A stretch of DNA of 64,000 bases from Mustelus asterias (taxonomy: Eukaryota): positions 1 to 64,000 of the forward strand of contig NW_027590479.1 of NCBI RefSeq assembly GCF_964213995.1. Direction: 5' to 3'. Under the pieces are notes generated by a model. That model was not told the DNA's origin. It made no database searches and worked only from the letters and a program-made list of their open reading frames with translations. This document shows, in pieces, positions 39,363 to 51,600 of the stretch (the stretch's first letter is position 1; every line of letters begins with the position of its first letter). Made by a program: the position numbers and the translations under genes.

Positions 39363-39985
39363 ATTTTCGGGCGTGAAAACATGATAAAGTCGGGTGTGAG
39401 GCCATTAACGCGATCCGCGCCCGCATCCGTGCAGGTGGCCACTTTACTGAAACCCGGGAATGGCGGCGATCCGCTTCATGCCCAAAACAGGCGCAACGAC
39501 GATTTAAATGCATTTGCACGCATTTAAATTGAATTAATTAACTGCCCCCCCAACTTTATCAGCATTTCCCCCTTTACCACCGAGTTTGCCAATCCGGAAC
39601 CGCGCCCTAATGGACCGACTAAATAAAAGTCTGAGTCGGGCGCTCCAGCTGCTGAAGAGCGCGTTCAGAGCTTCCAACGGCTCTCTGACTCAGATCAGTG
39701 GTGGGGCGGGGGAAGGAGGGAGGCCAGACCATTCTCTGGGGGTCGGGGGATGGGGAGGGATGAGTGAGGCCAGATCGTTGCCTGAGGGGGAGGGGGTGAG
39801 TGAGGCCACACCATTCTCTGGGGGGGGGGGGGGTGTGGGATGGGCGGGGGGGAGGGGAGTAAGGCCAGTTCTTTGTTTGATTTATCGGCATTTGATTGAT
39901 TTATTTATTTTTCAGTGATTTTTGTGTTAAAATTCGGAGGTTTTTTCCAAAACCGTAAGTAGGCCCAGGAGAAGCCTGGGAAGGC
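39363..39985. mobile_element. CpG-rich fragment of a probable non-autonomous DNA transposon
   Basis: Non-coding; internal palindrome ATTTAAATGC-8-GCATTTAAAT at ~39502-39529; second end not seen. Confidence 0.35.
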
Positions 39986-40714
39986 TTTTGGAGGGTTTAA
40001 AAGCAGGCCGCACTTTTGAGCGGGCAGTGTCGGGAGTGGACAGCGTAGTGAGCAGGGAGCAGAGTGTGAGCTGTAAGGGTTTTTGCTCACAGGGCTTCGG
40101 CGGAGGCGAGGAAGGTTATTTGTTTTTCTTCCGTTCCCCTCCTTTTTGTTTGATCTTCCAAAAGCTAAAAAGGAAATGGCACGTATGAGTGGGAGGCCAG
40201 TGTACTGCATTCGGTGTGAGATGTGGGAGTTCCTGGAGACGACTTGCCTCCCGGAAGTCCATATCTGTGCCAGATGTGTGGAACTGCAACTCCTGAGGGA
40301 TCGTGTAAGGGAGCTGGAGCTGCGGCTCGATGACCTCAGTTTAATTAGGGAACATGAGAGATTAATAGATAGAAGTTATAGTCAGGTAGTGACACCAGGG
40401 TCTCGGAAGGAAGACACGTGGGTCACAGTTAGGAGGGGTAATAGTCAGGAGGGTGATGTGCCAGAAAGTACCCCAGTGGCAGTCTCCCATAAAAGAAAGG
40501 GATGGGCAACAGATGGGATAAGGGAAGGGAGTGAGCAGTCTGTGGAGGGATCCCCTGTGGTTGTCCCCCTCCAAAATAGGTATATTGTTTTGGATTCTAT
40601 GGAGGGGGATGACCTTCCAGGGGTAAGCCACGAGGACCAGATCTCCTGCACGGAGACAGGCTCAGGGGTCCGGAAGGGAAAGAAGGGGTTTAGGAGAGCG
40701 ATAGTGGTGGGTGC

Positions 40715-43700
40715 TGATTCACCATCAATCAAGCAAAAGACTAGTTGTAAGCAAGACAAATAGGCTTTTATTCACAAGAACTTGGAGCCATCCCTGTCGG
40801 AGATCTGGTCTGTACTAAAGGCTAGAGGGAGGAGCCACCGCCTTTATACCCGGACCAGGGGGAAGAGTCTTGGGCGGAGCCGACAGGGATGTACCACAAA
40901 TACAGGTAATAATAGATACTAACTAACAGTGGTTAACCACAACAGATAACAGATAACAGTGGTTTACCACATTCACCCCCTGTTTAAAAAAGAGTCCATC
41001 GGGGGTGAGGCAGAATGAACAATATTTACAGGTTCAGTCTATCTGGAGGCTTGCTCTGCCACTGCGATCGCCGTAGTGCCGGTTCCAATGTAGGTTCAGT
41101 TCGCGGTGTTGTTTCAAGCACCAGGAAGTTGTTGTCATCCGTAGTCTCGTCCGATCGTTGAGTGCGTGGTGACGACTCCTGGGGCTCAGGCGAGCTGTAA
41201 TAGGGGGTGAGAGGAGTGAATAGTGGTTCTGACGTGGTAGGGACAAAGTTGGGGATTGGGGATGAGGGGTTGGGGTCCATATTCATCCCTGAGTCACCTG
41301 CGGGTGCGAGGTCACGGATAAATACCGTGTCCTCCCGCCCATCAGAGTACACCACATAGGCGTACTGGGGGTTGGCGTGGAGGATTTGAACCCTTTTGAC
41401 CAGGGGGTCAGACTTACGGGTCCTGACATGCTTCCGAAGCAGGACAGGGCCCGGGTATGCCAGCCACGATGGTAGTGAAGTCCCCGAGGAAGACTTCCTG
41501 GGGAACATGTACATCCGTTCGTGGGGAGTGGCATTGGTTGCCGTGCACAGGAGGGACCAAATGGAGTGTAGTGCCTCCGGTAGGACCTCTCGCCAGCGGG
41601 TGACTGGAAGGCCTTTAGACAGTAGCGCCAGTAAAACGGTCTTCCAGACTGTTGTGTTCTCGCTCTCTACCTGTCCTTTTCCCCGGGGGTTGTAGCTAGT
41701 AGTCCTACTTGTGGCTATACCTTTGGAGAGCAGGTACCGTCGCAGTCCATCACTCATGAAGGAGGATCCCCGGTCGCTATGGATATAGCTAGGGAAACCG
41801 AACAGGGTGAAGAGGCTGCACAGAGCCCTGATGACCGTGGCCGAGGACATATCTGGGCAGGGAATAGCGAAGGGGAAACGTGAATACTCGTCAATGACAT
41901 TGAGGAAATATATGTTGCGATCAGATGAGGGGAGGGGGCCTTTGAAGTCAATGCTTAGGCGTTCGAAGGGGCGGGTGGCTTTTATGAGCTGTGCCCTGTC
42001 TGGTCGGTAGAAGCGCGGCTTGCATTCCGCGCAGACCTGACAATTCTGAGTTATGGACCTGACATCCACAACGGAGTAGGGCAGGTTTCGGGCTCTAATG
42101 AAGTGAAAAAACCTGGTGACCCCCGGGTGGCAGAGGTCGTTGTGGAGAGCCTGTAACCGGTCCACCTGTGCACTGGCACATGTTCCACAGGACAGGGCGT
42201 CAGGTGGCTCATTGAGCTTCCCAGGCTGATACAAGATATCGTAATTGTAGATGAAGAGTTCAATCCTCCACGGCAATATCTTGTCGTTCTTGATCTTGCC
42301 CCACTGCGTATTGTTGAACATGAAGGCAACGGATCGTTGGTCCATGAGTAGGGTGAACCGTTTACCAGCTAAATAGTGATGCCAGTGCCGTACAGCTTCC
42401 ACTATGGCTTGGGCCTCCTTTTCGACAGAGGATTGTCGGGTTTCGGGGCCTTGGAGGGTTCGTGAAAAGAAGGCCACGGGTCTGCCCACCTGGTTAAGGG
42501 TGGTGGCTAGGGAGAAGTCAGACGTATCGCTCTCCACTTGGAACGGGATGGATTCGTCTATAGCGTGCATCATGGCCTTCGCAATATCAGCTTTGATGCG
42601 GTCGAAGGCCAGACGGGCCTCTGCCGTCAGGGGAAAAGAGGTGGATTTTATGAGCGGACAGGCTTTATCCGCATAGTTGGGGACCCACTCTGCATAGTAC
42701 GAGAAGAAACCCAGGCATCTTCTCAGTGCTTTGAGGCTAGTGGGGAGGGGAAGTTCCAGGAGGGGACACACACGGTCGGAATCGGGGCCGATGACCCCAT
42801 TCTCCACTATGTACCCGAGGATGGCGAGGCGGTGTGTACGGAACACGCACTTCTCCTTATTGTAGGTCAGGTTAAGGAGGCTAGCCGTGTGCAGGAATCT
42901 GTGGAGGTTGGCATCGTGGTCCTGCTGGTCATGGCCGCAGATGGTGACATTATCCAGGTACAGGAAGGTGGCCCGCAGTCCATTCTGGTCTACCATTCGG
43001 TCCAGTTCGCACTGGAAAACCGAGACCCCGTTGATGATGCCAAAAGGGACCCTAAGGAAGTGGTAAAGACAACCATCCGCCTCGAACGCCGTATATTGGT
43101 GGTCCTCCGGGCGGATAGGGAGCTGGTGGTACGCCGACTTCAAGTCAATAGTGAAGAACACCCGATATTGTGCAATCTGATTGACCATGTCAGATATGCG
43201 GGGGAGAGGGTACACGTCCAGCTGCGTATATCGGTGAATGGTCTGACTGTAGTCAATGACCATTCTGTGTTTCTCCCCAGTTCTAATGACTACCACTTGT
43301 GCTCTCCAGGGGCTGGTACTGGCCTCGATGATCCCCCCCGTGAGGAGCTGCTGGACTTCGGACCTGATAAAGGCCCCGTCTCCAGCACTATATTGCCTTC
43401 TCTTGGTGGCGATGGGCTTGCAGTCAGGAGTGAGATTCGCAAACAAGGAGGGAGGGGCGATTTTAAGGGTCGAAAGACTGCAGGTGGTGCGCGGTGGGCA
43501 ATTTAGATGCCGCTGATTGCAAACGGAGAGCGGGGGAAAAGGCCCATTAAACTGTATAGGGACACTCTTCAGATGGGTAATGAAATCTAGCCCCAGGAGT
43601 ACAGCAGCGCAGAGATGTGGCAGCACGAGGAGCCTGAAGTTATCGTATACTGTGCCCCGCACCTTCAGGGTCACCACACAGTACCCGAGGACATTTACAG

Positions 43701-45173
43701 AGCGGGACTGCGATGCCATGGAGATTGGTTACTTGACGGGCCACACGGGAAGGGTGTATCGATGCACTGTATCAGGGTGGATGAAGCTCTCCGTACTCCC
43801 ACTATCAAACAAACAATGCTCCCTGTGCCCGTTTACCTCAATGTCCATCATGGACTTAGCGAATCGATGAGGCTTGGACTGGGCCAGGGTAACCAATGCC
43901 ACCGTTGAATCCTGCAGATAGCCATAGGGGGCTGATGAGGGTGGAGATGGCGGCCCCTGCTGGTCGCTCGCAGCCGAAGTCATGCAAGATGGCGGCCCCC
44001 GCGGGTTGCCGGCGGCCGATGACGTCATCCAAGATAGCGGCCGCCACGGGTCGCACGCGGCCGGAGTCGTCCAAGATGGCGGCCCCCGCGGGTCACACGT
44101 GGCACTCGTGGATTTGGAGGTGGACTTACGGCAGACTTTAGCATAGTGTCTCTTCTTCCCACACACGGAGCAGAACGACTCCCTCGCCGGGCAGCGCTTT
44201 CGGGGTGCTTACCCAGGCCGCAGAAGTAGCATTTCGGGCCTCCAGAGGCTGCTGCAGTGGTCAGATCACCAGTGAGACATGGTGCGGCGTAAATTTGTGG
44301 CCCTGCCGAGTACAGTGGTAGCGACGGCTGCGGTGTCCACGATGCGCCCACGTGGTCAGGTAAGTAGGCCTCAAGATATTGGGAGGTCACCTCGAAGGAT
44401 TCAGCCAGTTCCACCGCTTTCTTTAAGTCCAGTGCACCCTGTTCCAGTAGCCGTTGTTGCCTATAGGTCGTCCCGATGCCCGTGGCAAAGGCACCCCTGA
44501 TTCAGTCCTCTGTGTATTGGGTGGCAGTCACAGTCTTGCAGTTGCAGTTCCGGGCAAGCAGCCGCAACGCGCGCAGTAATTGGTCAACCGATTCTCCTGG
44601 CTGCTGTCTGCGCGTAGCTAGGAGATGTCTCGCGTAGACTTCATTAGGCCGTTTGTTATACTGGCCCTTTAAAAGTTCGATAGCGTCCTTGTAACTTTCT
44701 GCCTCCCAAATCGTAGAATATACTACATTGCTTACCCGGCTGTGGAGCACCCGTAGTTTGTCGGCATCTGTGCGGACAACAGTGGAGGCGCAATGTAGGC
44801 TTCAAAGCATTTCAGCCAGTGATCAAACGTGTTTGACGCTCCTACAGTTTGAGGATCCAGATTCAGTCTGTCGGGTTTTAACATCTGTTCCATTTTAAAA
44901 ATCTTGTGAATAAAATTGATGCACCATCAATCAAGCAAAAGACTAGTTGTAAGCAAGACAAGTAGGCTTTTATTCACAAGAACTTGGAGCCATCCCAATT
45001 GGAGATCTGGTCAGTACTAAAGGCTAGAGGGAGGAGCCATCGCCTTTATACCCGGAACAGGGGGAGGAGTCTTGGGTGGAGCCGACAGGGATGTGCCACA
45101 AATACAGGTAATAATAGATACGAACTAACAGAGGTTAACCACAACAGATAACAGATAACAGTGGTTTACCACA
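40715..45173 (-). mobile_element. Ty3/Gypsy LTR retrotransposon with two 257-bp LTRs
   Basis: LTRs at 40715-40971 and 44917-45173 (TG...CA; 13 mismatches by manual count); PPT AAACAGGGGGTGAA at 40985-40972; broken gag from ATG 44893 with CCHC knuckles; pol order PR-RT-RH-IN. Confidence 0.97.
41026..43719 (-). CDS. pol: Gypsy pol (RT, RNase H, integrase), 897 aa open; protease lies upstream of one in-frame stop at 43729-43731
   Basis: LFDSGS protease; SPWRAQ, IDLKSAYHQL, PFG and YLDN in RT; VESDTS and EKEAQA in RNase H; HHCC and D,D,E in integrase. Confidence 0.92.
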   Translation of the reverse strand: MASQSRSVNVLGYCVVTLKVRGTVYDNFRLLVLPHLCAAVLLGLDFITHLKSVPIQFNGPFPPLSVCNQRHLNCPPRTTCSLSTLKIAPPSLFANLTPDCKPIATKRRQYSAGDGAFIRSEVQQLLTGGIIEASTSPWRAQVVVIRTGEKHRMVIDYSQTIHRYTQLDVYPLPRISDMVNQIAQYRVFFTIDLKSAYHQLPIRPEDHQYTAFEADGCLYHFLRVPFGIINGVSVFQCELDRMVDQNGLRATFLYLDNVTICGHDQQDHDANLHRFLHTASLLNLTYNKEKCVFRTHRLAILGYIVENGVIGPDSDRVCPLLELPLPTSLKALRRCLGFFSYYAEWVPNYADKACPLIKSTSFPLTAEARLAFDRIKADIAKAMMHAIDESIPFQVESDTSDFSLATTLNQVGRPVAFFSRTLQGPETRQSSVEKEAQAIVEAVRHWHHYLAGKRFTLLMDQRSVAFMFNNTQWGKIKNDKILPWRIELFIYNYDILYQPGKLNEPPDALSCGTCASAQVDRLQALHNDLCHPGVTRFFHFIRARNLPYSVVDVRSITQNCQVCAECKPRFYRPDRAQLIKATRPFERLSIDFKGPLPSSDRNIYFLNVIDEYSRFPFAIPCPDMSSATVIRALCSLFTLFGFPSYIHSDRGSSFMSDGLRRYLLSKGIATSRTTSYNPRGKGQVESENTTVWKTVLLALLSKGLPVTRWREVLPEALHSIWSLLCTATNATPHERMYMFPRKSSSGTSLPSWLAYPGPVLLRKHVRTRKSDPLVKRVQILHANPQYAYVVYSDGREDTVFIRDLAPAGDSGMNMDPNPSSPIPNFVPTTSEPLFTPLTPYYSSPEPQESSPRTQRSDETTDDNNFLVLETTPRTEPTLEPALRRSQWQSKPPDRLNL

Positions 45174-47709
45174 GGGATGCAATGGTTAGAGGCACGGACA
45201 GGCGTTTCTGTGGGAGCAAACAAGAATCCAGGATGGTAGTCTGCCTCCCTGGTGCCGGGGTACTGGATGTCTCTGAGAGGGTAGGAAGCATATTAAAAAA
45301 GGAAGATAGTTAAACGGACGTAATTATACACATTGGTGAAAATGATGTAGATAGGAAGAGCAGGGGGGTCATACGAGAGAAATTCAGGGAGATGGGTGCT
45401 AGGCTAAAAAGTAAGGCCTCCAGGGTAGCAATTTCTGGACTGCTCCCGGTGCCTAGTGCAAGTGAGGCTAGGAACAGGGAGATTCTACAGTTGAACGCAT
45501 GGCTAAAGGACTGGTGCAAGAGGGAGGGTTTTAAATTCATAGATAACTGGGAAGTCTTCAAGTCAGGATGGCAACTTTACCGAAAGGATGGGTTACACCT
45601 TAACTGGAAGGGAGCAAATATCCTGACTGGGAGTTTTGCTAGAGTGTTTCGGCAGGAATTAAACTAGTGTGGCAGGGGGGTGGGGAACAAAACAGTAGGT
45701 CAGTAAGTACTGAGGCTGGGGTTGAGCTGGGGGCCAGGTCAAGGCTAGCTAAGAAGAGGAGCACTCTGGAGGAGGATGACCTGAGTGAGCCTGGAGGTCT
45801 GGAGTGCATCTGCTTCAATGAGAGGAGCGTAACGGGTAAGACAGATGAACTTAGGGCCTTAATGCTTACGCGGAATTTGGATGTGGTTGTGGTGACGGAG
45901 ACTTGGTTAAAAGGACAGGACTAGCAGCTGAATATTCCGGGGTATAAGTGTTTTAGGTGAGACAGAGGAGGGGTTAAAAAAGGTGGGGGAGTAGCGATAT
46001 TAGTTCGGGAGCATATTACCGCTGTGCAGAGGGTAGACAACTTAGAGGGGTCATGTACTGAGTCGCTGTGGGTGGAACTCAGAAACAGGAATGGTGCAGT
46101 CACTATGCTGGGGGTGTACTACAGACCACCCAACAGCCCACGGGAAGTGGAGGAAAGGATATATCAGGAGATTCTGGATAGGTGCAGAAAAAATAGGGTT
46201 GTTGTAGTGGGGGACTTTAATTTCCCCGGTATAGACTGGAAAGTGCTTAGAGCTGGGGTTCCAGACGGGGAGGAATTTGTAAAATGCATACTGGAAGGTT
46301 CTTTGGAACAGTATGTAGATAGCCCGACGAGAGAGGGGGCTTTACTGGACCTCGTTCTGGGAAATGAGCCCAATCAGGTCGTCAAAGTTTCGGTAGGGGA
46401 ACATTTGGCAAAAAGTGACCACAACTCTGTTAACTTTAGGACAGTAATGGACAAGGATGAGTGCTGTCCTACAGGCAGGGTGCTAAATTGGGGGAAGGCT
46501 AACGGTAGCCGGATTAGGCAGGAATTGGTGGACGCTGAGTGGGAGAGGATGTTCGAGGGTATGTCCGCGTCTGGCATGTGGGAGTCTTTTAAGGAACTAT
46601 TGACAAGGCTGCAGGATAGGCATGTGCCTGTAAAAAGGAAAGATAGGAAAGGTAGGATTCGAGAGCCGTGGATAACCAGGGAAATTGAGAATGAGAATAA
46701 AATGAAAAGGGAGGCGTACGTTAAGTCCAGGCAACTGAAAATAGATGGAGCTCTGGAGGAATACAGAGAGAAGAGGAAAGAACTCAAACGGGGAGTTTGA
46801 AGGGCAAAAAGAGGTCACGAGATGTTCTTGGCAGGCAGGATTAAGGAGAATCCTAAGGCATCCTATTCCTACATTAGGAGCAAAAGAGCTGTCAGGGATA
46901 AATCGGACCTCTCCGGGACAAAGGAGGGGAATTATGCTTAGAAACCAAGGGAATAGGGGAGATCCTAAATGAATACTTTGCATCGGTATTCACGAAGGAT
47001 AGGGGCGTGTTAACCGGGTGTGTCTCGGAGGGAGGTGTTGACCCGTTAGAGAAAATCTCCATTACAAGGGAGGAAGTGTTAGGTTTTTTTAGGGAACAAT
47101 AAAACTGACAAAGCCCCAGGGCCTGAAGGCATCTATCCGAGACTGCTCAGGGAGACGAGAGATGAAATTGCTGGGCCTCTGACGGAAATATTTGTCGCTT
47201 CTTCGGACACAGGTGAGGTCCCTGAGGATTGGAGGATAGTGAATGTGGACCCGTTGTTTAAGAAGTGTAGCAGGGATAACCTGGGAAATTATAGGCCGGT
47301 GAGCTTGACGCCCGTGGTAGGGAAGTTGTTGGAGAGGATTCTTAGAGACAGGATGTATGTGCATTTGGAACGGAACCATCTCATTAGTGACAGACAGCAT
47401 GGTTTTGTAAGAGGGAGGTCGTGCCTTACAAATTTGTTGGAGTTTTTTGAGGAAGTGATAAAAACGGTTGACGAAGGAAGGGCCGTGGATGTCGTCGATA
47501 TGGATTTCAGTAAGGCATTTGACAAAGTCCCACATGGCAGGTTGGTTAAGAAGGTTAAGGCTCATGGGGTACAAGGAGAAGTGGCTAGATGGGCGGAGAA
47601 CTGGCTTGGCCATAGGAGACAGAGGGTAGTGGTCGAAGGGTCTTTTTCCGGCTGGAGGTCTGTGACCAGTGGTGTTCCGCAGGGCTCTGGACTGGGACCT
47701 CTGCTGTTT

Positions 47710-47746
<37 letters not shown>

Positions 47747-48684
47747 GATTTGGAAGAATGTGTAACTGGTGTTACCAGCAAGTTTGCGGATGACACGAAG
47801 ATGGCTTGACTTGCGTATAGCGATGAGCATTGGCGGGCAATACAGCAGGATATAGCTAGGCTGGAAAATTGGGCGGAGAGGTGGCAGATGGAATATAATC
47901 CAGATCAATGTGAAGTGATGCATTTTGGAAGAAATAATGTCGGGAGGAGGTATACAATAAATGGCAGATCCATCAGGAGTATAGAAACACAGAGGGACCT
48001 AGGTGTGCAAGTCCACAAATCCTTGAAGGTGGCAACACAGGTGCAGAAGGTGGTGAAGAATGCATATGGTATGCTTCTCTTTATAGGATGGGGTATAGAG
48101 TATAAAAGCTGGAGTCTGATGATGCAGCTCTATAGAACGCTGGTTAGGCCACATTTGGAGTACTGCGTCCAGTTCTGGTCGCCGCACTACCAGAAGGACG
48201 TGGAGGCGTTAGAGAGAGTGCAGAGAAGGTTTACCAGGATGTTGCCTGGTATGGAGGGTCTTAGCTATGAAGAGAGATTGGGTAGACTGGGGTTGTTCTC
48301 CCTGGAAAGACGGAGAATTAGGGGAGATCTAATAGAGGTATACAAGATTATGAAGGGTATAGATAGGGTGAACGGGGGAAAGCATTTTCCCAGATCAGAA
48401 GTGACGATCACGAGTGGTCACGGGCTCAAGGTGAGGGGGGCGAAGTATAACTCAGATATGAGAGGGATGTTTTTTACACAGAGGGTGGTGGGGGCCTGGA
48501 ATGCGCTGCCAAGTAGGGTGGTGGAGGCAGGCACGCTGACATCGTTTAAGACTTACCTGGATAGTCACATGAGCAGCCTGGGAATGGAGGGATACAAACG
48601 AATGGTCTAGTTGGACCAAGGAACGGCACAGCCTTGGAGGGCCGAAGGGCCTGTTTCCTGTGCTGTACTGTTCTTTGTTCTTTG

Positions 48685-51600
48685 AGGGCGGGTGTGAGGG
48701 TGGGGGAGTAGTGTGGGTGAGATTGTGGGGGCGTAGTGCGGGTGCGAGGCTGGGGGAGCAGTGTGGGTGCGAGGCTGGGGGAGGAGTGTGGGTGCTTGGG
48801 TGCGGGAGTAGTGTGGGTGTGAGGGTGGGGGGGAGTGCGGGTGGGGGGGGAGTGCGGGTGGGGGTGAGTGCGGGTGGGGGGGAGTGCGGGTGTGGGGGGA
48901 GTGCGGGTGGGGGGGTGCGGCTGGGGGGGTGGGGGGTGGGGGGGCAGTGCGGGTGGGGTTGTGCGGGTGGGGGGGGAGTGCGGTATGAGAGGGGGGGAGC
49001 GCGGGTGGGGTGGGAGTGCGGGTATGAGAGGGGGTGAGTGCGAGGGTGGGGGGGTTGTGCGGGTGGGGGGGGAGTGCGGGTGCGAGGGTGGGGCGGGAGT
49101 GCTGGTGGGGGGGGAGTGCCGGTGCGAGGGTGGGGGGGAGTGCGGGTGGGGGGGAGTGCGGGTGCGAGGGTGGGGGGGGGGAGTGTGGGTGCGAGGGGAG
49201 TGCGGGTGCAATGGTGGGGGGGAGTGCGAGTGAGATGGTGGGGGGGGAGTGCGGGTGGGGGGAGTGCGGGTGGGGGGGAGTGCGGGTGGGGGGGGAGTGC
49301 GGGTGGGGGGGAGTGCGGGTGGGGGGGGATTGCAGGTGGGGGGGAGTGCGGGTGGGGGGAGTGCGGGTGGGGGGGAGTGCGGGTGGGGGGGTGCGGGTGG
49401 GGGGGTGGGGGGGCAGTGTGGGTGGGGGGGTGCGGGTGGGGGGGAGTACGGTATGAGAGGGGGGGAGTGCGGGTGGGGTGGGAGTGCGGGTATGAGAGGG
49501 GGGGAGTGCGGGTGCGAGGGTGGGGGGGGAGTGCGGGTGGGGGGGGAGTGCGGGTGCGAGGGTGGGGGGGAGAGCGGGTGGGGGGGAGTGCGGGTGCGAG
49601 GGTGGGGGGGAGTGCGGGTGGGGGGGAGTGCAGGTGCGAGGGTGAGGGGGGAGTGTGGGTGGGAGGGGAGTGCGGGTGGGATGGTGGGGGGAGAGTGCGG
49701 GTGGGGGGGAGTGTGGGTGGGGGGTTGGGGGGGGAGTGTGGGTGGGATGGTGGGGGGGGAGTGTGGGTGGGTGGGGAATGCGGGTGAGATGGTGGGGGGG
49801 GGAGTGTTGGTGGGGGGGAGTGCGGGTGGGGGGGGAGTGGCGGTGGGGGGGGAATGCGGGTGGGGGGGAATGCGGATGGGGGGGGAGTGCGGGTGGGATG
49901 GTGGGGGGGGGAAGTGTTGGTGGGAGTGAGTGCGGGTGGGGGGGGGAATGCGGGTGGGGGGGGAGTGCGGGTGGGGGGGAGTGCGGGTGGGGGGGAGTGC
50001 GGGTGAGGGGGAGTGCGGGTGGGGGGGTGGGGGGGGAGTGCGGGTGGGGGGGAGTGCGGGTGGGGGGAGTGCGGGTGCGAGGGTGGGGTGTTGTGAGTGG
50101 GGGGGAGTGCGGGTGGGGGTGGTGCGGGTGGGGGGGAGTGCGGGTGGGGGTGGTGCGGGTGGGGGGGGCGTGCGGGTGCGAGGGTGGGGGGGGAGTGCGG
50201 GTGGGGGGGAGTGCGGGTGCGAGGGTGGGGGGTGAGTGCGGGTGGGGGGGGAGTGCGGGTGCGAGGGTGGGGGGTGAGTGCGGGTGGGGGGGGAGTGCGG
50301 GTGCGAGGGTGGGGGGGGAGTGTGTGTGGGGGGGAGAGCGGGTGCGAGGGTGGGGGGGAGTGCGGGTGCGAGGGTGGGGGGGGAGTGCGGGTGGGGGGGG
50401 AGGGCGGGTGGGGGGGAGTGCGGGTACGAGGGTGAGGGGGAGTGCGGGTGGGGGGGGGAGGGCGGGTGGGGGGAAGTGCGGGTGCGAGGGTGGAGGGGGG
50501 AGTGCGGGTGGGAGGGGAATGCGGGTGGGGGTGGAGTGCGGGTGGGGGGGAGTGCGGGTGGGGGGGGAGTGCGGGTGGGGGGGAGTGCGGGTGGGGGGGG
50601 AGTGCGGGTGGGGGGGAGTGCGGGTGGGGGGGAGTGCGGGTGGGGGGGAGTGCGGGTGGGGGGAGTGCGGGTGGGGGGGGAGTGCGGGTGGGGGGGGAGT
50701 GTGGGTGGGGGGGAGTGCGGGTGGGGGGGAGAGCGGGTGGGGGGGAGTGCGGGTGGGGGGGGAGTGCGGGTGGGGGGGGGAGTGCGGGTGGGGGGGAGTG
50801 CGGGTGGGGGGGGAGTGCAGGTGCGAGGGTGGGGGGGGAGTGCGGGTGGGGGGGAGTGCGGGTGGGGGGGCAGTGCGGGTGGGGGGGGAGTGCGGGTGGG
50901 GGGGAGTGAGGGTGGGGGGGAGTGCGGGTGGGGGGGAGTGCGGGTGGGGGAGGGAGTGCGGGTGGGGGGGGAGTGCGGGTGGGGGGGAGTGCGGGTGGGG
51001 GGGGAGTGCGGGTGGGGGGGAGTGCGGGTGGGGGGGTAGTGCGAGTGGGGGGGGAGTGCGGGTGGGGGGGAGTGCGGGTGGGGGGGGAGTGCGGGTGGGG
51101 GGGAGTGCGGGTGGGGGGGGGAGTGCGGGTGGGGGGGAGTGCGGGAGGGGGGGAGTGAAGGTGGGGGCAGTGCGGGTGGGGGTGTGAGTGCGGGTGGGGG
51201 GGAGTGCGGGTGGGGGGGAGTGCGGGTGGGGGGGGGAGTGCGAATGGGGGGGAAGTGCGGGTGGGGGGGAGTGCGTTTGGGGGGGAGTGCGGGTGGGGGG
51301 GGTGCGGTTGGGGGGGTAGTACGGGTGGGGGGGAGTGCGGGTGCGAGGGTGGGGGGGGGACTGTGGGTGGGGGGGGAGTGCGGGTGGGGGGGGAGTGCGG
51401 GTGGGGGGGGTGTGGGTGGGGGGGGTGCGGGTGGGGGGGTAGTACGGGTGGGGGGGAGTGCGGGTGCGAGGGTGGGGGGGGAGTGTGGGTGGGGTGGGAG
51501 TGAGGGTGGGGGGGAGTGCGGGCGGGGGGGAGTGCGGGTGGGGGAGGGAGTGCGGGTGGGGGGGAGTGCGAGTGGGGGGAGTGCGGGTGGGGGGGAGTGC

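Larger units (their letters stand above)
39990..48684 (+). mobile_element. Full-length decayed CR1 LINE, interrupted by a Gypsy element
   Basis: ORF1 from ATG 40176 (CxxC..CxxC finger, coiled coil, esterase AIVVG|DAMVRG split by the insertion). ORF2 ~45667-48610 with APE (TETW, YRPP, GDFN, SDH) and RT (PQGS, FADD), multiple stops and a (TA)n expansion at 47713-47743. (TGTTCTT)n-type tail. Confidence 0.95.

Noticed and set aside
38194-39527. Cys/Val-rich ORFs resembling metallothionein or keratin-associated proteins
   Set aside because: Translations of a TG satellite in all frames.
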